DNA from: Planctomycetaceae bacterium
Lineage (GTDB): Bacteria; Planctomycetota; Planctomycetia; Pirellulales; UBA1268
DNA: 64,000 bases
Direction: 5' to 3'
Assembly (NCBI GenBank): GCA_947459185.1
Contig: CANHCU010000004.1
Location: 1,673 to 65,672 of the forward strand
How positions within the stretch are numbered: the first letter of the stretch is position 1; each line of letters opens with the position of its first letter. Below are positions 36,953 to 46,428 of the stretch, one piece after another. The notes beneath the pieces were generated by a model, which ran no database searches, was not told where the DNA came from, and was given only the letters and a program-made list of their open reading frames with translations. Made by a program: the position numbers and the translations under genes.

Positions 36953-36986
36953 GCCGGGCCTTCCCCAGGGAAGGCCCGGCTTTTTT
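36953..36986 (+). terminator. Strong intrinsic terminator after the Cys/His-rich gene
   Basis: Perfect 12-bp stem gccgggccttcc / ggaaggcccggc, loop ccag, then TTTTTT. Confidence 0.85.
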
Positions 36987-37001
36987 CATGGTTGCAACGC
37001 G

Positions 37002-37110
37002 AATTCCCTCGCTTGCGCTTCGGGCTTGCATAGAGCGGGGTGTCATCCCGCTCCCCATCCAAGCCCGCTCCGCTCCCCATCCAAGCCCGCAGCGCAAGCA
37101 AGGGAATATG
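37002..37110. repeat. REP-like cluster of family-A units (reverse, partial, forward)
   Basis: aattccctcgcttgcgcttcgggcttgcat (37002-37031), the partial ccccatccaagcccgc (37054-37068), and ccccatccaagcccgcagcgcaagcaagggaatatg (37075-37110). Confidence 0.85.
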
Positions 37111-37138
37111 GCCTACCCGTCCGCACCGCGGATTCGGC

Positions 37139-38812
37139 TTACCCGCCGGCGGCCGGTGTCGGCACTGGCTGCAATGGCGGCGTGGCCGCGGGCGGTGCTG
37201 GCGGGGTCGTCGCGGGCGGCGATGGCGGCTGGATCAACCGCCGCAACAGCCTCCCGCGGCGGGGAGGCTCGGCCTGCTGTGGGTTCGCCGCCTCGGCAGC
37301 CTGGCGTTCGGCCCGCCGCTTCGCCACCTCGCCCAACACGCCGCCCACGAGATCGATGACCGCCTCAGCGGTGGGATCGGCCTTCATGTCGGGCGGCAGC
37401 GCAGACTTGATCTTGTCTGCCGGGGATGGCGTGCCAGCCTGCTGGCCGGGGGCTGCGTTGGCCCCGTCATCAGCCGGAGCAGAAGCCGGTTTTGTGGCAT
37501 CGGGCGTCGCCGTTTTGGAATCCTTTCCCGCGGAGGCATCGGGCTTCCAGGCGGGAGCAGGCGGTGCCTGCGGCCGTGGTGGCCCGGCCGGCTGCCGCAC
37601 TGCCTGCTGCCCACCGGAGCCGCGCAGCCGATCGATGAGTTCTGCCACCACGCCGCCCGCATTGGCCCGCAGTGAGCCATCGAAATCGATGCGGGGTTCG
37701 CCGAGGAAGCCACCGACGCCCACGGAGAGCGTCCGCCCCGAGAGGGCCGCCAACAGCGGCCTGTCCTGCGGCAGATCGGCCGGAATGGGGAGTTCGAGCT
37801 TGATATCGAGTTTCTTGTCGTCGAGGCCCACCGAGCCGCTCGACCGGATGTCGAGCCGCTGCCCCGGCTTCGCCAGTGGCACCCCAAATGCCAGCCCCTT
37901 GTGCGCCATCCGGCGGTCGGCGAGTGCAAACTCGATGTGCGATTCGTCGGCGATCCGGATCGACTGCGGGATTGGCAGGTTGACCGGCAGCGACTCGATG
38001 ACTCGCTGCGCGAGCGGTCCTGGGCCGAGATCGACGGCGTGCATCGCGAGTACACCAGAGAGATGCCCACCCTCGGGGGCGCCCACCGGCAACGTGGCGC
38101 CGTTGATGCGAAGCGAAAACCGTCCGCTGGTCCGCGTGGCGTTGGCCATCACCGGCGCGATGTAGGCCAACACGCCCTGCGCCACCGCCGGCTCGAGTTT
38201 CGCATCGGCCAAAAGCTGCACGGGCTCGACCGTCCATTCGCTCCGCGTCCCGCTCGCCGAGGGGGCGAGCGCTGCCCGCACGTGGATCGGCTCGCTCACC
38301 CATGGGTCGTCCGCCCACGGGCCGATCATGCGGACGATCGCCCCGACCACGTCAAGTTGCATCCTGACCGCTCCAGGCTTTCCATTGTGGGGGCGGGCCG
38401 CCGCGCCCGGGCCTGCAAGGGCCGGAGAGAACAGCCCCTTGAGGTTGGAATTGCGGTCGGCGTCAAACTCCACAGTGGCGTCAAGCCCTTCCACACGCAC
38501 GCGGCCGAGATCGCCGAGCGAGAGGATGATGCCGGCGATTCCGTGGCTCAGTTCCACACGTTTGATGGAAGCCGGCTCGCGACTGCCGTCGTGCGGCACG
38601 ATGTGGATGTCTTCGAAGACCATCGGCCCGACCCAGCCGAGCTGCACGCTGCCGAAGCGCACGGCGGCCTGAAGCGCGGGCGCGGCGTTGGAGATGAGCT
38701 TTGAAAGCCGGGCCGGGCTGGACAAGAGCCAGGGCAGGCTGCCGATTCCGAGCACGGCGATGACGGCGAGGGCGGCCAGCGTGGCCTTCACCTGCGACGA
38801 CAGAAATGACAT
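37139..38812 (-). CDS. N-terminally anchored envelope protein (AsmA-like architecture), Pro/Ala-rich C-terminus
   Basis: Start MSFLSSQVKATLAALAVIAVLGIGSLPWLL (TM anchor), then VRFGSVQLGWVGPMVFEDIHIV, reminiscent of AsmA N-termini. The ORF extension over the tRNA region was rejected. Confidence 0.45.
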   Translation of the reverse strand: MSFLSSQVKATLAALAVIAVLGIGSLPWLLSSPARLSKLISNAAPALQAAVRFGSVQLGWVGPMVFEDIHIVPHDGSREPASIKRVELSHGIAGIILSLGDLGRVRVEGLDATVEFDADRNSNLKGLFSPALAGPGAAARPHNGKPGAVRMQLDVVGAIVRMIGPWADDPWVSEPIHVRAALAPSASGTRSEWTVEPVQLLADAKLEPAVAQGVLAYIAPVMANATRTSGRFSLRINGATLPVGAPEGGHLSGVLAMHAVDLGPGPLAQRVIESLPVNLPIPQSIRIADESHIEFALADRRMAHKGLAFGVPLAKPGQRLDIRSSGSVGLDDKKLDIKLELPIPADLPQDRPLLAALSGRTLSVGVGGFLGEPRIDFDGSLRANAGGVVAELIDRLRGSGGQQAVRQPAGPPRPQAPPAPAWKPDASAGKDSKTATPDATKPASAPADDGANAAPGQQAGTPSPADKIKSALPPDMKADPTAEAVIDLVGGVLGEVAKRRAERQAAEAANPQQAEPPRRGRLLRRLIQPPSPPATTPPAPPAATPPLQPVPTPAAGG

Positions 38813-39084
38813 GTGGGAAGCCTTCTGGGGCGGCACTGTTTCGGGAGATGGTTCGGGGGACGGCAGGCCCGCGTTCGGACTGGTCATATCGTGAATCTCA
38901 CGGAACGGGATCGGCTTGCGATTGGGAAATGGAGACTGGCAATGCAGGGGAAGAACGGGTCGATTGTATCCACTGCCCCATCGCGAGGCATGGAACCGGC
39001 AGAGTACGCACGCGATAAAAAGGGCGGGTAGGCCCCCCGGTCGCACTCGCGGGTTGAATTGGATAGGCTGTTTACGGTTTCTCC

Positions 39085-39157
39085 GCGGGCGTAGCTCAGT
39101 TGGTAGAGCGCTAGCTTCCCAAGCTGGATGTCGAGGGTTCGAGTCCCTTCGCCCGCT
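39085..39157 (+). tRNA. tRNA-Gly (anticodon CCC)
   Basis: Hand-folded cloverleaf. Acceptor GCGGGCG/CGCCCGC, D arm GCTC-AGTTGGTA-GAGC, anticodon arm CTAGC-TTCCCAA-GCTGG, T arm GAGGG-TTCGAGT-CCCTT, discriminator T. CCA is not encoded. Confidence 0.92.
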
Positions 39158-39168
39158 CTGTCTTCCCG

Positions 39169-39312
39169 CCCGCAGTGCCATCCATGGCCACTGCGGGCTG
39201 ACGGGAATGCTTCCCGGAGAGAAATGGTGCCAGCCACCAAATCTGGGCAAGATGCCAGCTTCTCTATTTTTGGTGGCTGGCACCTTTTCCCGTGCCATCC
39301 ATGGCCACCGCG
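39169..39312. repeat. Composite repeat 3' of tRNA-Gly: direct repeats flanking a 16-bp perfect inverted repeat
   Basis: cccgcagtgCCATCCATGGCcactgcggg (39169-39197). ggtgccagccaccaaa (39226-39241) pairs with tttggtggctggcacc (39269-39284). cccgtgCCATCCATGGCcaccgcg (39289-39312). Confidence 0.85.
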
Positions 39313-39314
39313 AT

Positions 39315-39527
39315 TCACGGAACGAGACGCTCAGCCCGGCGGGCCGCCCATGCCGAAGCCCGATTGAAGGCCAATGCCAAGATGGCCGAGCCGGCGGCGT
39401 AGTACAGCGGCCTCGAGCCATACGCTGCGTCTTTCGGATTGATTGCGACCAGGAAAAACAGGACGACCGACGTCACGCTCGTCAGCGACAGACCGGTGAA
39501 AACGACGCTCCAGGCATCCCACTTCAT
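39315..39527 (-). CDS. Small two-TM hypothetical protein, last gene of the rhodopsin/carotenoid operon
   Basis: MKWDAWSVVFTGLSLTSVTSVVLFFLVAI...YYAAGSAILALAF. Lies 47 nt downstream of crtB. The 3' end runs into the repeat next to the tRNA. Confidence 0.35.
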   Translation of the reverse strand: MKWDAWSVVFTGLSLTSVTSVVLFFLVAINPKDAAYGSRPLYYAAGSAILALAFNRASAWAARRAERLVP

Positions 39528-39574
39528 GACAAGACTCCATGTTTGTGTATCGAACTTTGAAAACCCGCACACGC

Positions 39575-40490
39575 TTAACCCTGCACCGATACTCCATACT
39601 CCGCGAGCAGTCGTTCTGCCGCGGCGAGGGCTCGCCGGGCCGAGTCGTCAAGCTGTATCGGCCGATTGCCGCCGGTAGGGGTGAGCATGGCGCGGGCGAA
39701 GATCTTGAACTTCTCCAGCGTCGATACCCGCGCCCGCTCGTCGAGCACCTCGAAGCCGCGCCCTCTGATCTTCGTCCCGATCGCGCGATAGATTCTCGCC
39801 GCCGCCCGGACAGCCAGGCGAGAATCGGTATCGAGCCCGCTGATGCCCGCCTCGCCGGCAGAGTAGTAGCTGTCGGCGACTTCGAGGATCGTCTGCACAC
39901 CCCGCCGTACCTGCCGTGGGTCGGGCGGCCCACCGCCGGGCCGCAGCCCGTCGGTCCATTCAAGCGGCAGGTAGCAGCGAGACCGACGCCAGTCTTCCGC
40001 GACGTCGCGGGCGATGTTGGTCAGTTGCATGCCCATGCCAAGCGCCGCCGCGTGGGGGAGATGGCGGCGATCCGCGAGGCCGAGGACAGGACACAAGAGC
40101 ACGCCGACCGCGCCGGCGACCCGAAAGCAGTACAGCAGGAGGTCGGCCTCGTGAAAGCCGGCCGCCGGCGTGAGGTCCGACCGCATCCCATCGAGCAGGG
40201 CGAGGGCCGCGTCGAGTGGCAGGTCATTTCGGCCGACGAGTTCTGCCAGCCAGCGGCTCTCGGGGGCGACCGGGCTGTTTCCACCGGCGATCTGGCGGAC
40301 GTCCTGCGTGGCCCGTTCGACGAACTCCAGCGCCTGCTGCGGCGAGGCAGCGGTATCGACGCCGTCGTCGCACCACCGACACCACGCGTAGAGCCGCTCG
40401 ACGTCGGCCCGTTTGCCGGCGGGCAGCAGGCGGCTGGCAAACGAGAACGAGCGGCTGTGCCGCCGGATCGACTCACCCGCTGTCGGGCTG

Positions 40491-40507
<17 letters not shown>
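39575..40507 (-). CDS. crtB: Phytoene synthase
   Basis: SRSFSFASRLLP, LYAWCRWCDDGVD, QLTNIARDVAEDW. Start MSSPVSS overlaps the crtI 3' end by 17 nt. Confidence 0.9.
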
Positions 40508-42037
<1,530 letters not shown>

Positions 42038-42041
<4 letters not shown>

Positions 42042-43036
42042 AGAAGAGCCTCCGCCCTCGTCGGCTCGATGGCCACCCGCAGGGCGTCGCAGATCGCTGC
42101 CAGCGGAATGGCTTCACGGGCTCCGCCCGTCGCAGCAGTGAGCCTGTCGATTGCCCGGTCGAGCCGGGTGTTGATCGCAGCCACCGCCCGGCGGTGGGTC
42201 GCTTCCAGCAGATCCTTGGCGAGCGGGCGAAACTCAGCCCGCTGCTCTTCCGATTGCCGCAGCCGGCGCTGCCACACTGTGAACTGCTGGGCCGACACTT
42301 CGCTTGCGGCCCAGGCCCACGGCCAGGTGACACGGCGGTTGCGGAGGTCGTCGCACCGATCCGACCCTTCGAGCAGTTCGCAGAGCTCGTCGAGGTCGTT
42401 TTTCATTTGCAGGCAGATGCCGATCCGGCAGCCGAAGGCGGCTACGGCTTTGAGCGTCTGCCGGTCTCCCGCGGCGGCCTGGGCACCACACCACGCGGCC
42501 AATGACGCGAGGCGGCCGGTCTTCCAACGCGAGATCGCCAGCGCCGTGACCTGGGCTTGTCGCGGCGTGACCTCGTCGATCCGCGTGGCGAGGTCGATCG
42601 CCTGCCCCTCGTGACATTGCCGTGCCACCGTGATGAACCTGCCCACGAGCGCCGCCGACCGCGTGGGATCGTCCAAGGCGGCTGACGCCAGTTCCAGAGC
42701 GCGGAAATACATCCAGTTGCCAGCGTTGACGGCCCGGGCCGGCCCGATCACCTGATGCAGCGCCGGCTGGCCGCGGCGGGTGAGCGATTCGTCCTCGAAG
42801 TCGTCGATCACGAGCGAACCAGCGTGCAGGAGTTCGACCGCATCGACGATCAGCGAGGGCGCCGCGGAGCGGCCACCGGCAAATGCATAGGACTCCTCGA
42901 GCAGAGTTGCCCGAAGCCGCTTGCCACCTACGCCGGGATAGAGGTCGGGCGCGAGTTGGAGGGCCTTGGACCAGCCGTGCCCTGTGCGGGTGGTCTGGTG
43001 CGTCGCGCCGGCGAACCCGAGGAGATTTTTCGTCAT
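42038..43036 (-). CDS. crtE: Polyprenyl (geranylgeranyl) diphosphate synthase
   Basis: First Asp-rich motif LLHAGSLVIDDFEDESLTRRG. Second motif is the variant QMKNDLDEL. ATGA overlap with the crtY stop. Confidence 0.8.
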
Positions 43037-44223
43037 GTCGGCAGCGGCCCCGGGAGTGAGACAAACGATCTGGCAAAACGAATCGGCGCCAGGCCCATGG
43101 GCGGCCAGCCAATCATGATCCGAGCCGCATCGGTGAACGTAAAGCGATGCGCGTAAAACCGGGCGATTCGCGCTTCCGGCAGGACACGGTAGAACCGCCG
43201 GAAGATCTTCCAGCGGTCTTCTGGCCTGACCAAGCAAAAGAGCAGCCGGTTCAGAAAGCGGGCGAATCCTCGCCGCAGCCGGTCCTTTGCGACCGCAGAG
43301 GCGACCTCCGCGCCGACTCGGTCCGGGCATGCCCGGGCGACGAGTTCCGCGAAGCGAACGGCCAGCGGCATCGAGTATCCCGTGGCGGCGTGGTACCAGC
43401 CGCCGGCATAGCCGCCGGCTGGCGACCGCCCCTCGCGCCGGGCTGTGGCTGCATAGGGCATCGGGAGACACCCCCGCTCGGTTCGGATCAGCTTCGCCGA
43501 TCCTGCGTCGGCCTCGGCCAGCCGAGCCGAGATCAGCGAGGCGGCCCGCGATTCATCGCACGCCGGCTCCTCGTGGAACCGGGTGTACTCGAGCAGCACG
43601 CGATCAGGACCGAGCGGGAGTTCGTAGAGAAATTCGAAGCCCGCTGCCTGGTCTGCCGGGACATCCATGACAGTCGGTTCCGATGCCGGCCAGCGCCGAG
43701 CAGTCGCATACTCGTGGCCGATGAAGGTCTGATAGCCTGCTCCGCTCGGCGCCCCTGCCTCCGCCCGACCGCGACAGTCGAGGACAGCACGGCAGGAGAT
43801 GTCGGTGGTCCCGCCGAGTCTCACCGCGGTCGGCGAGAGGATCTCACACGACTCGCCTGTGCGAACGACGAGCCGGCCGGGGCGAGCCGCTCCCCCCGCT
43901 CCGCCTGCCAGTGACAGCGTCGCCTCGCGGAGGCGGTCGGACGTGATCGTCGCGTAGGAGATTTTGACTCGCCGCGACAGCGTCGGAAACCTGACGCGAT
44001 AGCCGGGCCAACGGTGGGCGACCAGCGGGTCAAACCAGTTTCTCGCCTGTTCGTCGACGTCTGTCTCGTGGAACGACCAGGTGTGATTGCCGCACAGTTC
44101 AGCGGCCCGTTCGAGGAGCAGGACTGTTGCCTCCGGCCGGTGCCAGGCCAGAGCATGCGCCAAGAGACAGCCTTGAAGACCACCGCCCACGATGCAGTAG
44201 TCGAACTCCGTGACAATTGTCAT
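43033..44223 (-). CDS. crtY: Lycopene beta-cyclase (CrtY type)
   Basis: FDYCIVGGGLQGCLLA dinucleotide fold, GNHTWSFHETD. ATGA overlap with the blh stop. Confidence 0.88.
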   Translation of the reverse strand: MTIVTEFDYCIVGGGLQGCLLAHALAWHRPEATVLLLERAAELCGNHTWSFHETDVDEQARNWFDPLVAHRWPGYRVRFPTLSRRVKISYATITSDRLREATLSLAGGAGGAARPGRLVVRTGESCEILSPTAVRLGGTTDISCRAVLDCRGRAEAGAPSGAGYQTFIGHEYATARRWPASEPTVMDVPADQAAGFEFLYELPLGPDRVLLEYTRFHEEPACDESRAASLISARLAEADAGSAKLIRTERGCLPMPYAATARREGRSPAGGYAGGWYHAATGYSMPLAVRFAELVARACPDRVGAEVASAVAKDRLRRGFARFLNRLLFCLVRPEDRWKIFRRFYRVLPEARIARFYAHRFTFTDAARIMIGWPPMGLAPIRFARSFVSLPGPLPT

Positions 44224-45215
44224 GCGGGGCTCCCCGAGGCTATGCGGGGTTTCAAGTTCATGCGGGGCTTGACGTGCAGCGACTGCATCCGCCGCCGGAC
44301 AGACGCCTCGCACAGCGGGGCGACGCCGTGCAGGAGCAGATGCGGCACAGCCACGGCGCTCAAGCCGACAAAGGTCGCCCGAATGAGCGTGCCATTCCAG
44401 CCCGCCCCGCCGAGCACGAGCCACGCGGCCAGCCCGACCAGAGCGATCGCCCCCACGGTCAAGGGCGCAAGGCTTCGGACTAATTCCGGCCAGCTCTCGC
44501 CAAGTTCACGACGAAGTCGCTCAAGGCCCCGCGCCGAGTGCCAGCCACAGAAATAAACCGGGAAGCTCACCAGCGGGCTCGTGACGGCGAAGAGCACCAC
44601 CAGTGATGCGACCAACGCATTATCGGCGAGCAAGACCCGCCGCCTCCGCCCGGTGCTTCTGCAGGCCATCAGGCCCTGGAACGCCCAGGCGGCCGCCGCA
44701 AGCGGCAGCATGATCCACGAGCAAGCCGTCAGCACGCTGATGGCCTGCTGGATGGCCGGGCCCGAGCCCCCCGGCGCGGTCAGGCCGAGGATCGTGGCGA
44801 CGTCCGTGGCGCGAAACAGCAGCGGCGTCCAGACCACGAGGCCTCCTCGTGCGAATCGGAACACCGGCCGCATGCCCCGCGGACCAACAGGGAGCCGCGG
44901 CTCTTCCTGGCCGAAATGCCAGGCTGAAGCCAGAAAAAATGCCACCACCGTGGCGGCCGGCGCCACGAACCAGCCGCACACAACCACCACCGCAACCGTC
45001 AGATACCCGGCCAGAAACACCGGCAGCCACGCAGTTCCAAGAACCGGTTCGAGCCGCGGCCGGGCGAAGCGATGGTCGGCCGCGCCGTGCGGCAGACCGA
45101 TCAGCGCGACGAGAGCCGCCAAAACGCCGGCCGTGACGCCGGCAGTGGCCTGAGAAAAAAAGAACGCGGCCCCGATAATAGCCCAAGAGAGCAAGATTAC
45201 CGAGGCCGCGTGCAT
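44220..45215 (-). CDS. blh: Beta-carotene 15,15'-dioxygenase (Brp/Blh family), retinal-forming
   Basis: Polytopic membrane protein with conserved His sites LIGLPHGAADH, SAWHFGQ, CGWHSARG and VPHLLLH. Starts 34 nt after the rhodopsin stop. Confidence 0.85.
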   Translation of the reverse strand: MHAASVILLSWAIIGAAFFFSQATAGVTAGVLAALVALIGLPHGAADHRFARPRLEPVLGTAWLPVFLAGYLTVAVVVVCGWFVAPAATVVAFFLASAWHFGQEEPRLPVGPRGMRPVFRFARGGLVVWTPLLFRATDVATILGLTAPGGSGPAIQQAISVLTACSWIMLPLAAAAWAFQGLMACRSTGRRRRVLLADNALVASLVVLFAVTSPLVSFPVYFCGWHSARGLERLRRELGESWPELVRSLAPLTVGAIALVGLAAWLVLGGAGWNGTLIRATFVGLSAVAVPHLLLHGVAPLCEASVRRRMQSLHVKPRMNLKPRIASGSPA

Positions 45216-45249
45216 GGAAACACTATTCTTTTGCAGAGGGTCCCGCCGC

Positions 45250-46107
45250 TCAGACGGTGCCGTACGCCTCACCGTGGGCAGTCTTCGTGCTCTTGGCCTT
45301 GGCGATGAGATAGATCAGCACGCCGAAGCCCGCCTTGGCGGTCATGTCGGCGATCGCGTAACCAATCTGCAGGCCAACGACACCATTGGCACCCGTGACG
45401 CCATTGGCAGCATTCGCGGTCCCGGCCTTCGCCGCCAGGGCATCGGGCGTGCCACCGAGCGCGTAGGCGATCGGGTAGACCGCCCAGGTGACCAGGATCA
45501 CCAGACGGGCGATCTCAAGGAGCTTGCGAGCCGCGGGCGGCTGGCTGTCGAGCGAATTCGTCAGTTCCGTCCAGAGCACATAGAGAATGTAGAAGAACGG
45601 AATCGACGAGAGCCCACCCCAAATAACCCGCTCGGACCAACGCGACGGATCGGAGATCACCTCGCCCGGATAGCCGAGCGCAATCATCAAGGCCGCGGCG
45701 ATCACCAGCCGAGTCAGCAGACTCGTCGCCTTGGCCGAATGCAGTCGCAGGACGGCCACGAGTTCGACCATCAGCAGCGGCACCGTCAGAATCCAGTCGG
45801 CATACCGATAGAAGTCGTTGAAGGCGGCGCCGGTGCCCTTATACCCAGTTGCGCCAACCAGCGAGTAGGCATCGTGCCAGCTGTGGCGGATCATGAAGTA
45901 GTGGTAGCAGGCGATCGAAACCACGATGCCAGACACCAGCAGAGCCGGACGGTATTCCTGATCAACGTGCGAACGGGCCATGAACAAGAACAGGGCGGCC
46001 GCCCCCATCGTCGCGACAGTCATCGAAAAGATGTTGTCTACTGCGTTGTATTGGAGCACTGACAGGTCGGGCATCGCCGACCCAAGCAAACAGAAGCCTT
46101 CGATCAT
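45250..46107 (-). CDS. Microbial rhodopsin, xanthorhodopsin/Gloeobacter-rhodopsin clade, outward proton-pump type (DTE)
   Basis: Seven TM. IACYHYF (His partner), FNDFYRYADWILTVPLLMVEL (D-T-E, Leu at the tuning site), LGYPGEV, VIWGGLSSIPFFYILYVLW, WAVYPIAY, IADMTAKAGFG (Schiff-base Lys). AGGTGA RBS. Confidence 0.93.
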   Translation of the reverse strand: MIEGFCLLGSAMPDLSVLQYNAVDNIFSMTVATMGAAALFLFMARSHVDQEYRPALLVSGIVVSIACYHYFMIRHSWHDAYSLVGATGYKGTGAAFNDFYRYADWILTVPLLMVELVAVLRLHSAKATSLLTRLVIAAALMIALGYPGEVISDPSRWSERVIWGGLSSIPFFYILYVLWTELTNSLDSQPPAARKLLEIARLVILVTWAVYPIAYALGGTPDALAAKAGTANAANGVTGANGVVGLQIGYAIADMTAKAGFGVLIYLIAKAKSTKTAHGEAYGTV

Positions 46108-46266
46108 CGCTTCACCTGTTTTCAATATGGTGTTGGAAAAACTGCAGCCGCTTCGCTCCCTCGGCAACGATCACCAGATCCAAGGGCAAGCCACAACCGG
46201 CCGGCCTCTTGCAACGGATGACTCCCCCTCCGAGAGGGTCTAAGCGACTCCCTAAACAATCGCGAC

Positions 46267-46295
46267 ATAGTAGCCCGTTAGGGACATAACGGCAA
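46267..46295 (-). promoter_or_regulatory. Candidate sigma70-type promoter for the rhodopsin operon
   Basis: Minus strand reads TTGCCG - 17 nt - TACTAT, about 160 nt upstream of ATG 46107. Planctomycete promoter rules are poorly known. Confidence 0.3.
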
Positions 46296-46428
46296 GCGGA
46301 TACCGACTGAGAAGCAGGTTCAAACCCTCGCCGACGGCGACACAGCAGCGGCATAAAGACCGCTTTTCCTACGATATCGCCCGACTCGGCAGGATGTGGG
46401 CCACTGTCTTCAAGAGACGTCCCTGCCC

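Noticed and set aside
36324-37097. 257-aa minus-strand ORF overlapping the Cys/His-rich gene and the REP cluster.
   Set aside because: It is the mirror image of low-complexity GC-rich repeats. It begins in REP units (the MRCGLGW peptide recurs at other REP sites). The plus-strand gene has an RBS, a signal sequence and a terminator.
37877-37891. Sigma54-like element TGGCACcccaaATGC.
   Set aside because: It lies inside the coding region of 37139..38812, on the antisense strand, and has ATGC instead of TTGC. There is no downstream gene to drive.
39128-39421. ORFs running through the tRNA and its 3' repeats (39128..39367 +, and the upstream extension of 37139..39421 -).
   Set aside because: They overlap a confidently folded tRNA and palindromic repeats. 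The recurring peptides (MVPATKS, FGGWHHF, HPWP) simply reflect repeat copies.
46305-46340. A tRNA T-arm-like string (gcaggttcaaaccctcgccgacgg), in the same orientation as tRNA-Gly and just upstream of the rhodopsin gene. It could be a displaced tRNA 3' end (attR) bounding a 7.2-kb island.
   Set aside because: Only about 15 of 23 positions match the tRNA-Gly 3' half, and that needs two gaps. The T-stem would have 3 bp, and no matching acceptor 5' strand lies upstream. The evidence is too weak to call, but a proper alignment could revisit it.
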